Assembly: GCF_001194135.2 (NCBI RefSeq)
Contig: NC_068999.1
Location: forward strand, 26,391,778 to 26,440,167
Reading direction: 5' to 3'
Length of the DNA: 48,390 nt
From: Octopus bimaculoides
Taxonomy: Eukaryota
The notes beneath the pieces are model-generated. The model did not search any database. It was not told where the DNA came from and worked only from the letters and a program-made list of their open reading frames with translations. Below are positions 34,925-46,518 of this stretch, piece after piece. The translations under genes were made by a program, and so were the position numbers. The first letter of the stretch is position 1. Each line of letters starts with the position of its first letter.

Positions 34925-35290
34925 CCCACCTAACATCAATCCCTCACGGGTGGGATACTGAACATCTGGTTTATGTGTATCCATTGGCATAGATGTGTCT
35001 CGTCAGGTGATTACAAGACGTATCTAATTATAATAATGTCTGTTCCACAAGATTTCTTCTCAGTATTTGTATACAAAAGCAGCAAATTAAGGGATACAGC
35101 TTCATTATTATAGCAGATTATGAGATGTAAAAAGAAGCAAATACACAATACAGTGAAAACAAAGATTAGATATGACTGTTAGTGGCTATGGATGTAGAAA
35201 CACCCTTGCTTATGTTGTCTGGTACATGTACACTCGCTCGTAGACACTTACATGAAGATAGAAGCATAAGCACACTTAGGCTCACACAGT
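34925..35290 (-). mobile_element. Putative Penelope-like 3' end/pseudo-LTR with a decayed hammerhead motif (copy 2)
   Basis: Minus-strand CTGACGAG core at 35006-34999, a stem-II hairpin, and decayed GAAAC. Homologous to copy 1. Confidence 0.5.
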
Positions 35291-35879
35291 GAATTAAATA
35301 GATATTAATAAATTCAGTACCTAAAAGTGGCTAGTGATATGACTCCATTTGGTGAAGAGTCACAGATTCTGTGATGGTATTCAGTAGGTCTGGCTGATAT
35401 ATTTATAGCATGTGGAAGAGGTAGGGGGAGAGTAGATCTCTGACAATACAGAAAAATGAGTGGTGAAGAGTATTTTCGTCCTACCTCTATCTACTGTAGA
35501 CAGGTAAAATGAGAGAGAGAGAGAGATTATATGTGGTGGTTAGGTTGTAGGCGTGAAGGGAAGAGAGAGAAGAATGAGAGACATCTGATGGTGGAGAAGA
35601 AGTGATAATTTGGTGGTTTGGAGGTGAGAGAGGGTGGTCAATGTGGCTGGAGAGAACAATGTTAAGGAAGAAGGATGGATATCAAGTGAAAGGGTTTCAA
35701 ATAGTGAGAAAGATTAGTGGTACCAAAAAAAAAAAAGGGTTGCAGTTAGAGGGATAATGGGTGGTGGAGTTGTGTTGGGGTGGAAATGAGGTGAAAAATT
35801 CCAGTTTTGCCAATATATGAATATTTATATTTACAGGGTTTCCAAAATTTAGTTTTACAGAGTTGAGTGAGTTTTCTTA

Positions 35880-36722
35880 AGAACTGCATAGCACCAGTCA
35901 TCTTGGTGCCTTGTCATCTCATCTGTGAGGTTCAAAGTCCTTAGATCAGCCTTCATTCTTTCATCTCATGTCTTCCTGGGTCTCCCTCAGTAGCAAGCTT
36001 TATCCATATTAAGTGAACAGCTCTTCTTTATACAGCTGTCTTCATCATCCATATGCATCACCTATCCAAACCAACACAGTCTTCTTTCTTGCACACTACA
36101 TCTGAATCCTATTATGCCCAGTTTTTCTCTCAGCACATTTGCACACTTGCATTGCTCATCCAACAGAGCATGCTTCCTTTCTTTCCAGTCCTCTCAAGTT
36201 CTTTACATTGAAGACCCTTGCCTCACTACCAGCCATCATACAATCTGCTTTTCACTTTGAGAAAAAGCAGCAGTCATAGCTTCCTGAACTTTCTCCAACT
36301 CATTCTTAAAACTGGCTGTTATACTTTCAGCCTAATCACTTCTTTTGCTGATTACATCTAGTTAACAAATGTTATCAACTATTTCTAGTGATCTATCTAA
36401 GCATTTATTTACAAGATTCTATTTACAGTGTGCTCTTAGCATGATACTCCAGTGTATCGCTCACATACAAAGCTTATTTTTTTTCTCTTAATTAGCCTTT
36501 GATTTCATATTTTTGTGTGTCCACAGCTTACATTAGGTACAGCATATGTTGTTTGTACCTATTATCGAGCAAGGCTCTGTCTTCTTTCCTATTTACCAAA
36601 ACTTTCATCTTTACTAAGTTTATCTTAAGACCTCAATTTTAAGTTTCACTTCCATAACTCAAACATTTCTCTCTAATTTTGCTATAGATTCAGTTATGAG
36701 AACTAGATCATCAGCATACATG
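35880..36722 (-). mobile_element. Degenerate RTE RT fragment (YADD to C-terminus)
   Basis: tatgctgatgat (YADD) at 36718-36707, a CT*CKLWTH PHD remnant and a GRPRKT*DE-like end. Confidence 0.75.
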
Positions 36723-36771
36723 TATAAATGTTTTAAATTTGTTTTTAAGACAAAACAATGTGAGTTCTAAG

Positions 36772-36960
36772 AAATAATACAAGTTGATGGTTTGCACTTT
36801 TACCTTATAGTTTAATGTTTTGAGGTTAGGAGCCCTTCTTCGGGAAATCTTTGGAGATATGGTGTTGTGAGATGACAACACTTCATTGAAGATTTCCTGA
36901 AGAAGAGGTCCTAACCAGAAATATGGAAATACAAGTACAAACTATCATCTTATATTATTT
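36772..36960. repeat. Inverted repeat whose arms each carry a decayed minimal hammerhead motif
   Basis: + arm: atttc-CTGAAGA-agaggtcctaacca-GAAA-tatg-gaaat (core 36897-36921). - arm: atttc-CCGAAGA-agggctcctaacctc-AAAAC-att. Confidence 0.6.
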
Positions 36961-37021
36961 GGCCTAAAAAACACAAGTTAAAAACATCTCTATCAGACAA
37001 TGCTTCATGCAAACAAGGCTC

Positions 37022-37074
<53 letters not shown>

Positions 37075-37449
37075 ATATCTATATAGATGTGTGTGTGTGT
37101 ATATATATATATATATANNNNNNNNNNNNNNNNNNNNNNNNNNNNNNNNNNNNNNNNNNNNNNNNNNNNNNNNNNNNNNNNNNNNNATATATATAAAACA
37201 TTGATCAGAGAACAAACATCAAATTTGAGTCAACAACTTTATACATAACACCACACCTCCAAACATTTGAACATATATAAATATTACCACGCCCTTTCAA
37301 CATATAAAGAATACACATAAAAAAACACAGAACATAAAAAATATAGATGCAAATAAAAATACAGATATATAGAATGGCCTATCAAGAAGGTATATACAAT
37401 CGACTAAAACTTCTAAGGCGTGTCATGCGACTAAATAAAATAAAATATC

Positions 37450-38915
37450 AGTTGACTAAAAAGATTTATTTTTACTCCCCTCAAACAAAAAAAAATATGT
37501 CAAAAAAGCTTGGTAGGTTGGAGGGCTGATTCCACCAATTTCTTCAATATTACTATGGGGTCATCAGATTCAGCATAGGTGACTGATTTAGTGGGCCTTT
37601 ACTTCCTTTCACAGATTAGGGATAGTTTTCCCCTCCTTACTGGAGAGGGGGGGGGGTTATATAGGGATGATATACTTCTAGCTGTACATGGCCAGTCTAA
37701 AACTGCATTGAATAGATTGAAGAAATCTCTGAGAGGTTTCTTAAAGGATTTCTTTAATCTTAACATTATTTTTGATGTTAACTCCAGAGTGGTGAATCTC
37801 TTGGATGTTACCTTGAATTTGGATACTGGTTTATACTACCCCTTTAGTAAGCCAAACAAATCCATCTCGTATATCAATGTTTCCTCCAATCATCCAAAAT
37901 CTACTATTGATAGCATCATTACCGCTATCAATCAGAATCTCTAACTTGTCTGCAGACGAAGAGATTTTTTATCAACATGCACCGGTATACAACAACGCTC
38001 TAAAATTAAGTGGCTTCAAAACTAAAATCTCATATATACTTAGCATGAGATTTAAGAACAAGATGGCTGGTCTACTACCTGACCATGTCACGGAAATGCA
38101 ATGCATTATTTGATTGCAACCAATATAAGCCATCAGTTAGATACTTATATAAAGATGTTAGGAATAGATACTGGAAGCGAAATAGTGACAGATGAGTAAT
38201 ACCAAGAGCTTACATTCTAGAATACAGGAAGTCATATGGTTTGCCCCCACCCCACCCCCTTTTCTCTTTGGGTAAGAAATTTGCCCAAGTTTTTTAAGAT
38301 TCTGAAGGAGAACTTTCTTAAGAATCATAAATACTACATCTGTAATAAGTCCTCCATCAAATTTTATTACTTGGTAATGCCGAATTTGGTCTCCATTACT
38401 GCATCTATTAATAGAAACAAATTAAATTGATAAGTGCACTGGATGTATTCCTCTGTTGGTAACCCTGGTATTGGGCAGATAAGCTCTAATAAGCCTAAGG
38501 TTAGTGTTACAAACCATTTACTTCCACTGGCTTTGTCGACCCCCTGTAATGAAATATCTGAAGGAAAGAATGCGGAAAGCCACATAAGTAACGTAAGTAT
38601 TAGTAATAAGGATATGGGTGGTTCTGGTAAATCTTGTAATTGTAGAAGCCCTAGATTATGTCCCCTTGATGGATTCTGTCTGACTACTAATGCCATATAT
38701 AAATACGTTGTTTAAGAGGAGGGTAATTTGGATAGGTTTTACATAGGCAGTACTGTCAATTTTAAGGCTAAGTATAGAGCCCACATGAATACGTTCTCGA
38801 ATGAAAAATATTGTAACTCTACTACACTTGCCTCTTATATATATAGTTTAAAGAGGAATAAAAAAAGTTATTCTCTTGAATGGTCTGTTATCTCATCGGC
38901 CACATTTGGATTTTG
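37450..38915 (+). mobile_element. Penelope-like element pseudogene: RT - CxCx5C linker - C-terminal GIY-YIG
   Basis: FNITMGSSDSA..DLVGLYFL, GLYRDD (37660-37671), VNLLDVTLNL, YINVSSNHP, CNCRSPRLCPLDGFC (38635-), AIYKY..FYIGS, STTLASYIYSLK. Truncated by the RTE at 38916. Confidence 0.88.
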
Positions 38916-40916
38916 CTTTTTACGTGCCTCTGGCACGGGTATCACAGCTACAATTTCCTTTTGATTTTCATTTTGATGTTGATGTACTTAACTCAATAGG
39001 TCTCCTCAAGCACAACAGGTCACCCTACGAATCAAAGGTACTTCTGAATGAAATGGGGCGGGTTATGCGAAACTGGTGTAGGATACAGCTGTGAACTCAC
39101 TATATTTGCCGGGTCTTCGCAGTCACAGCATACCTCCAGATGTTTCGGTCTTTCATCATTGCCTCCATGAGGTCCAATGTTCAAAGGTCATGCTTCACCA
39201 CCTCATTCCATGTCTTCCTGGGTCTACCTCTACACCAGATTCCTTCAACTGTTTGGGAGTGGCACTTCTTCACACAGCTCTCCTCATCCATCCATAGTAC
39301 ATGACCATACCAGTGCACACGTCTCTCTTGCATGCCACATCTTATGCTTCTTAGGTCCAACATTTCTCTCAGGGCGCTTACACTCTGTCGTGTGTGCACA
39401 CTGACATTACACATCCAGTGGATCATGCTAACTTCATTTCTTTCGAGCCTACAAATGTCCTCTGCTGTCACGGCCCATGTTTTACTGCCGTGATGCATGG
39501 CTATTTGCACACATGCATCGTACAATCTACCTTTCACTCTGAGCGAGAGGCCCTTTGTCACCAGTAGGGGTAGGAGCTTTCTAAACTTTGCCCAGGCTAT
39601 TCTTATTCTAGTGGTAACACTCTCTGAACATCCACCCCAACTACTAACTTGGTCACCTAGGTAACGGAAGCTATCAACTACTTCTAGTTTCTCCCCCTGG
39701 AGTGTGATGGAATCTGTTTTCTGAGCATCTGTGGTGTTTATTGCTCCTGTACATCTGCCGCACACGAAAGAGATCTTCTTGGTTAATCTTCCTTTGATGT
39801 TGCTGCACCTCTTATGTGTCCATAGCTTACACTGGGTACATCTTATGGAGTTTCTACCTACACCCTTTCTGCACATCGAGCAGGGCTACCTACCTGATGG
39901 AGTGTGTGATGTGTTCGCCTTCCTACTTAATAGAACTTTGGTATTTGCTACATTGACTCTAAGGCCTTTTGATTCTAAACCTTGCTTCCACATCCGAAAT
40001 TTCTTTTCTAGTTCTGGTAGTGATTCTGCTATGAGGGCCAGGTCATCAGCATAGAGGAGCTCCCAGGGGCAACCTGTCTTGAATTCCTCTGTTATTGCCA
40101 GGAGGACTATGATGAATAAAAGGGCTGAACCTTGGTGGACTGAGGGCTGAACCTTGGTGGACCCCTACTTCTACCTGGAATTCTTCACTATACTCATTGC
40201 CAATCCTAACCTTACTAATGGTCTCTCTGTATNNNNNNNNNNTCATTGCCAATCCTAACCTTACTAATGGTCTCTCTGTATTAGGCCTGTACAGCCCTTA
40301 TTAACCATTCGTCAATCCCCAGTTTCTGCATCGCCCACTAGATAAGGGATTAGGGGACCCTGTCAAAGACTTTCTCCAAGTCCACAAAAGCTAAGCATAG
40401 GGGTTTATATTTAGCTAGGTATTTCTCCTGCAGTTGTCAAACCAGGAATATGGCATCAGTGGTGCTTCTACCTAGTACAAAGCCAAACTGCATCTCATCT
40501 AAGCAGACTCTCTTTCTAATCAGATGGACTATGACCCTCTCCGTGACCTTCATCACCTGATCCAGCAGTTTGATACCCCTGTAGTTATTTCTATCTAATG
40601 CATCACCTTCACCCTTGTTGCAGTTGACTATGGTGCTGCTACGCCAGTCATTGGGTATGACTCCATCATGAACTACCTGGTTTACAATGCGGGTGACTAG
40701 GCCATAGCCCAAACCACTAGTTGCTTTAAGCATCTCAGCAGTGATTCCTGATGGGCCGGGGGCTTTTCCTGGCTTCATACCCTTAATTGATTTATCTATC
40801 AGGGAGCTGTCTATTTGGATAGCTGGTCCCTCTACTGGGTCAACATTTGGCAGGCTCTCCTCCTCCTATTCATTCTCCACGTTCAGCAGTCTTTCATAAT
40901 GGCTTCTGCAAGCCTC
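38916..40916 (-). mobile_element. RTE LINE (RT with embedded PHD-like finger, partial 3' UTR)
   Basis: KPGKAPGPSGITAEMLK, NYRGIKLL, QFGFVLGRSTTDAIF, FVDLEKVFDRVP, VHQGSALSP, LLYADD (40053-40042), GLRVNVANTKV, PCSMC..CTQC..HKRC..CGRC, LEVVDSFRYLG, WYGHVLWM. Confidence 0.92.
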
Positions 40917-41439
40917 AAAAAGAAAAAATCAACCAGATGCAACAGACATAATTAAAAAAAACTTAAATAACAGTCTTCCACATGGGTTTTGAAACTGCAA
41001 CTCCAAATCACCAATCAAGGTTGAAAAATGTTGCCAAAATTGTACTATGAATATTGAAAGTTATTCACTTAGATTGTATTGAATATGATCAGAAATGGAA
41101 CTTTTTGTGGGGCATCGTAAGAAGGTGAAATAAATGTTGCTTGAGTTAATCAGCTGACAGCACAAGAATCTGAAAGACATATAAGTGTAAGGAATGGTCG
41201 TCATGGTCATAATAGTTATACTCATTTTATTATGGTTTTAGATGAAATTGTAGTTATGCTGTCGGTTCAAGTGGAACCTTGTTTGTGAAACAGGAGAAGA
41301 GAGTCATGAAAATAATTACACAAGAATGAAAGTAAATTGTGAAATTGCTTGAGGATGCTCAAACAATTCTGCTTTGATGGGAGTGACAACAGGTTTTCAA
41401 GCATAAGTACAGATTATCCCCACACACACACATTGCAGC

Positions 41440-42760
41440 ATAATTTCCAGAAAAATGGATACTTTTTCATGAAATTTTCAACAAATCCCACTTCGATGCT
41501 ATACATTCAGAGAATATATATGGATTCATGGGAAAGAATAATTTCAAGGGGGTGTGGAGAGGAGTTTCGGAAAATTCACATGTGGGTAAAATATTCTCCA
41601 AGTGGGTGGGGAGAGGAGTTTCGAAAAAAGACCAATCAAGAAGACCATATAAGTTAATATTTTTTTATTACATCCCAATCAATTTTCAAGATTTTTAATC
41701 TCCTCCTAACCGATTTTCATGATTTTTTTGCACTGAAAAACTGTCGGAGGAGCCTTTTTGGTACTAAAACCAAACTTTTTAAGATTTTAATAGGAAAATC
41801 TGTGAGGTTTGGCTGTTGTTTCTAGCACATCCCAAGACCATCCTCCTTGTTTCTTTCTCCCTGTCATATGTATTTATGTTTTTAAATATTTTTCTTACCA
41901 TAAACACATTTATGCTATAAAAAACATTTGAAAATTTATGATTTTTTTTCAACTCCACTCCCTGCCCTCCATTCTTTTGCTTATAATTTTAAATATTGGA
42001 GAGATGGAGAAGGTAATTTCTGACTGATTAAAAAAAGTGGGGTGGGGCTATTTAAAAGATAGTTCATACTTTTTCTGTTAGAAAATATTTTTTCTTACTC
42101 CTACACATACATACACGACCTCGCAAGATTGAGGTGGGGGTCAAAATTTAAATTGTCATTTTTTTGGTTGTTGTTGCTTATATCCTACCAATGGACCATG
42201 CGTGTGTTACTTCTGCATCATCATTCCATAAAATGTGTGCATGGGGAGAAAAATATTGAAAAACATTAATACATGTGAGAGTGAAAACCAGGAAGGTGGT
42301 CTTTGGATGTACTAGAAACAACAGTCACATCTCCCTTAAATCGCACACTTTTTCCTCTGAAAGTGCTTACATATCTTTTCTTCTTTTAACGAAAAGGCTC
42401 CTCCCATGGTTTTTAGGTGCAAAATAGAAATTGGCCATAATCAGCCTGAAGGGCAATGGTGAGAGAGAAAGGGAGTGAAAAAATCATAAACTTTCAAAAC
42501 TTTTTTTCATAAAGAGATACCCACCAAATCATTACCAAGGCTGTGGTGAAAAACAAATGGGAAAATCACTGTCAAAATGGACAAATTCCAACTTATGTGG
42601 TCTTCATCTGAAACTCTGTTTTATTGAAATTCCTCCCTACCCCTTCGGAAAAATTTTTCCCACAAATTTCTTTATAATCATATTCTATGCAGTTTGAAAG
42701 GTATTTCATTAAACTTTCATTACAACATACCCATTTTCCTGAAAGTTATGAGGCAAAAAA
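41440..42760. repeat. Nested inverted arrangement of interspersed repeat modules
   Basis: Module X at 41690-42010 (+) and 42240-42520 (-). The 638-840 family lies at 41440-41640 (-) and 42640-42760 (+). Confidence 0.5.
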
Positions 42761-43089
42761 GTGGGGTCGTGTGAAAACAAACAAACATATTTTTATAAGG
42801 ACAGAGATAAGAATGTGTGTGTGTATAATTGTAATATGTTGTATTACTTTATATTACTCTAAGTATTACTTACTTTACTGGACAAAAGAAAGTTAATGGA
42901 TTCCAATTATATAAGAATTTGTTGTAAAAAACATTTTCCGCAAATTGAGAGACCAGTTTTGGAAAACTCAAGTGATTCTGCTTTGATGGGAGCAAAAACA
43001 GATTTTCACAACAAATTCCCATTTAGGTTGAATCTACACCATTACAAGGATATCTAAAGAAAATTTTATTTTCAAATATCCATTGTATA

Positions 43090-43424
43090 GGCGTAGGAGT
43101 GGCTGTGTGGTAAGTAGCTTGCTTACCAACCACATGGTCCCGGGTTCAGTCCCAGTGCGTGGCATCTTGGGCAAGTGTCTTCTACTATAGCCTCGGGCCG
43201 ACCAAAGCCTTGTGAGTGGGTTTGGTAGACAGAAACTGAAAGAAGCCCGTCGTATATATGTATATATATATGTATGTGTTTGGTTGTCTGTGTTTGTCCC
43301 CCTAACATCGCTTCACAACCGATGCTGGTGTGTTTATGTCCCCGTAACTTAGCAGTTCGGCAAAAGAGACTGATAGAATAAGTACTAGGCTTCTAAAGAA
43401 TAAGTCCTGGGGTCGATTTGCTCG
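43090..43424 (+). mobile_element. SINE family B (tRNA-derived head, internal (TA)n), running into a gap
   Basis: A box tggctgtgtgg at 43100-43110, B box gggttcagtccc at 43142-43153, then gggcaagtgtcttctactatagcc...ggaaactgaaagaagccc-type body. Confidence 0.85.
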
Positions 43425-44229
43425 NNNNNNNNNNNNNNNNNNNNNNNNNNNNNNNNNNNNNNNNNNNNNNNNNNNNNNNNNNNNNNNNNNNNNNNNNNNN
43501 NNNNNNNNNNNNNNNNNNNNNNNNNNNNNNNNNNNNNNNNNNNNNNNNNNNNNNNNNNNNNNNNNNNNNNNNNNNNNNNNNNNNNNNNNNNNNNNNNNNN
43601 NNNNNNNNNNNNNNNNNNNNNNNNNNNNNNNNNNNNNNNNNNNNNNNNNNNNNNNNNNNNNNNNNNNNNNNNNNNNNNNNNNNNNNNNNNNNNNNNATGC
43701 GAAGTGCTAGAAATAGGAGTCAACACACCACCGATTTGCCCATCCCCATTCCATTTTTGGGAAAGAAATGCACAGTTATCTGTGGAATGGTTAAATTAAT
43801 TGAAATGACATAAAAAATTTTATCTAGTGTTTTCAGTGGTCAACATACCAACAAAGAAACAAACTTTTTTATAAGGAGAGAGATGAACTATTACTTATTT
43901 TACAGGACAGAACAAAGTTGATTCTTTACTGAATTTTAAACTTGGGTAATTTTCCTTATGTTGCCTTACAATTTACTTTCATCCTTGTCTAATTGTTTCA
44001 TTAGGCTTCTTTTTCAATTGACTAAATAGGCACCAAATTTAGTTAACCTAAGACCTACATAATAACTATAATTTTATCCTCATGCAACTTCACAATTTAC
44101 TGTCATTCTTGTGTAATTGTTTTCATGCATCTCTTCTATGTCACAAATGAGGTTCTACTTGAACCTACTTTATAACTACAATTTCATCAATATGTAACTT
44201 TGCAATTTCAAAAATATAAAACCAATAAA

Positions 44230-44939
44230 AGGGAGATAATAATGATATGATTAACAATAGTATTAATATTAATAAGAACAGGAGTAGTAAATATACCCTG
44301 AATAAAAATATTTAAATAAACTTAGGTCTAATGATAATAAATATACACCATATGCCAACCCAAATACACCCAATGATGTTAAGTATAATGAAGATAATTA
44401 TATTCGGTTTATCATTCCTTACGCATGACAAATAAAAACGAATCTGGTCAAGCTATTTTACAGATCTATATCTAAGCACTTTAATAAAGAACATAAATAT
44501 TATAAAATAATACTAAAAGGATTAGAATAGGTTTTTCAGTATCTAAAAGTTTGTTTAGAATTATCTCCTCCTTTAATAATAACAATAATATTGCAGATAA
44601 TGATCTAGCTAGAAACTATGATTGTAGATATAAGGATAAATGTTTATTTAATAATTTTTGTTTACAGAACAATATTGTATATAGATGTAGGGTGGATTCG
44701 GAATGAAGAAATTATTTTTACATAGGGTCTATGGAAAATTTTATTAAAAAACAGATAGCAAACCATGAATACACCTTTAGGAATAGAGATAGCTTTAACA
44801 GTACTAGTCTGAGTAAACTAATTTGAGAATTGAAGGATAGTAAGAAATCATACAAAATAAATTGGAAAATACTTACTCATGCTAGATCGTATAAAATTAA
44901 TGATGCTAGATGCAACCTATGTATAGATGAATTATATCA
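44230..44939 (+). mobile_element. Second Penelope-like element fragment (linker + GIY-YIG)
   Basis: SKHFNKEHKYYKI, YDCRYKDKCLFNNFCLQNNIVYRC (44617-), YIGS (44719-), STSLSKLI*ELK, INWKIL, RCNLCIDE (44911-). Ends at a gap. Confidence 0.82.
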
Positions 44940-46183
44940 NNNNNNNNNNNNNNNNNNNNNNNNNNNNNNNNNNNNNNNNNNNNNNNNNNNNNNNNNNNNN
45001 NNNNNNNNNNNNNNNNNNNNNNNNNNNNNNNNNNNNNNNTATTGTATAGTTTATAAATTGTATTCTTATTACAACAATGTTGTTTGTTAGTTCTGAAAGT
45101 ATTGATAGAGTTTGGGTATGCACTATGTATGGTCCCTCATTTTGTAAATAATAATATTGATTAGTTCCTCGAGAACAGTCATTATTTGCTTGGTTTATAT
45201 TAATGATTTCTATTGATTCACTAAATACTCCCTTCCATAATATATGAATAACAATCATTATTTAAGTAACTTCAAATCTGGTTCGTAAATTTGATTTTCA
45301 TTACTGTAGCCTGAATATATATCTATGGGGTACTTTGGTTATCGCATTTACAGCCTTAAGTCTATATTAATGTTTATTGCAGAATTCCCTACCATAAATT
45401 AAGTAAACACGGAAAATTTTTATTAGGTTTCTATTCATATCCACTACAGAATTATCCCTCCGAGAAAACAATAAAGATAGAAGATTATTATTAGTTAATT
45501 TAAACAATAATTTTTTTAATATCAATTAATTTAAATAAATAGAAGAGTTGTTATATTGAAGATGTAATTGTTTATATATTTTTTGTTGCAGTTATACATA
45601 GGGGAAGACTTGGATACTTAATTATATACATATATATATATATATATATATACACACCTATCTTATTGTTGTATGTTGTAGTGACAAGGGTCTATCTTAG
45701 ACATGAAAGGGTTTTGACTGGTATGTGTTTGAGATGTAATGAAGTGAATTTTGATGGTTGGGGATTGCACGTACTTGGTTGTATCGTCTGTTAGAGTGTT
45801 TAATGCTCACGCTCATAATACATAGACATTTGAATTAATTTTTACAATCCAGCCATCCTTTCACACAGAATTTCGTCTATCTTTAAACCATTACTCTGAA
45901 GTGACTTATATATAGGAGAACTGTTATTGTGTATGTATATCAGAAAATGTATATAAGTTGAAACAATTTGTTGGCCTTTTATGTTTTTTTTTACTAATTG
46001 TTTATGTTATATAATATTATGTTATATTATATTCATAGTGTATCATTTAATATCTATACATATAAATTTGACATGAGCAATTCTTTCTTGTCTTGGGATT
46101 CATGGTCAAATGGCTGGGTGGAATTGCACGAAAAATTACACAGATGTGTAGAATGATCCGGTGGTGATGCTGGGCCTTGTATC

Positions 46184-46518
46184 TTTTCATAGCTCCCATG
46201 GTTACTGAGATAATCTACTATAATAATACTCTTGTGTTTATGAATGAGAAAGGAAGGGGTGATGTCATTTTTTCATAGCTCCCATGGTTACCGAGATAAT
46301 CTACTATAATAATACTCTTGTATTTATGAATGAGAAAGGAAGGGGTGATGTCATTTTTTCATAGCTCCCATGGTTACCGAGATAATCTACTATAATAATA
46401 CTCTTGTATTTATGAATGAGAAAGGAAGGGGTGATGTCATTTTTTCATAGCTCCCATGGTTACCGAGATAATCTACTATAATAATACTCTTGTATTTATG
46501 AATGAGAAAGGAAGGGGT
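46184..46518 (+). repeat. 86-bp minisatellite, ~3.9 near-identical copies
   Basis: catagctcccatgg occurs at 46188, 46274, 46360 and 46446. Confidence 0.95.

Noticed and set aside
40121-40162. 22-bp tandem duplication in the RTE QGS motif
   Set aside because: A small post-insertion duplication in a dead element with no evident significance.
40195-40281. Tandem duplication around a 10-N gap (also 48003-48076)
   Set aside because: Identical sequence on both sides of a 10-N spacer is a typical unmerged contig overlap.
43090-43165. tRNA gene (A and B boxes present)
   Set aside because: No complete cloverleaf, and the sequence continues into a SINE body. The same applies to family A heads.
44700-44830. 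In-frame TGA codons in a PLE as possible selenocysteine
   Set aside because: The TGA in LSKLI*ELK aligns to a Trp position, and the linker cysteines are TGT or decayed to TAT. These are ordinary pseudogene stops.
46184-46518. CRISPR-like regular repeat array
   Set aside because: Units are contiguous 86-bp tandem copies with no unique spacers, there are no cas genes, and the context is eukaryotic.
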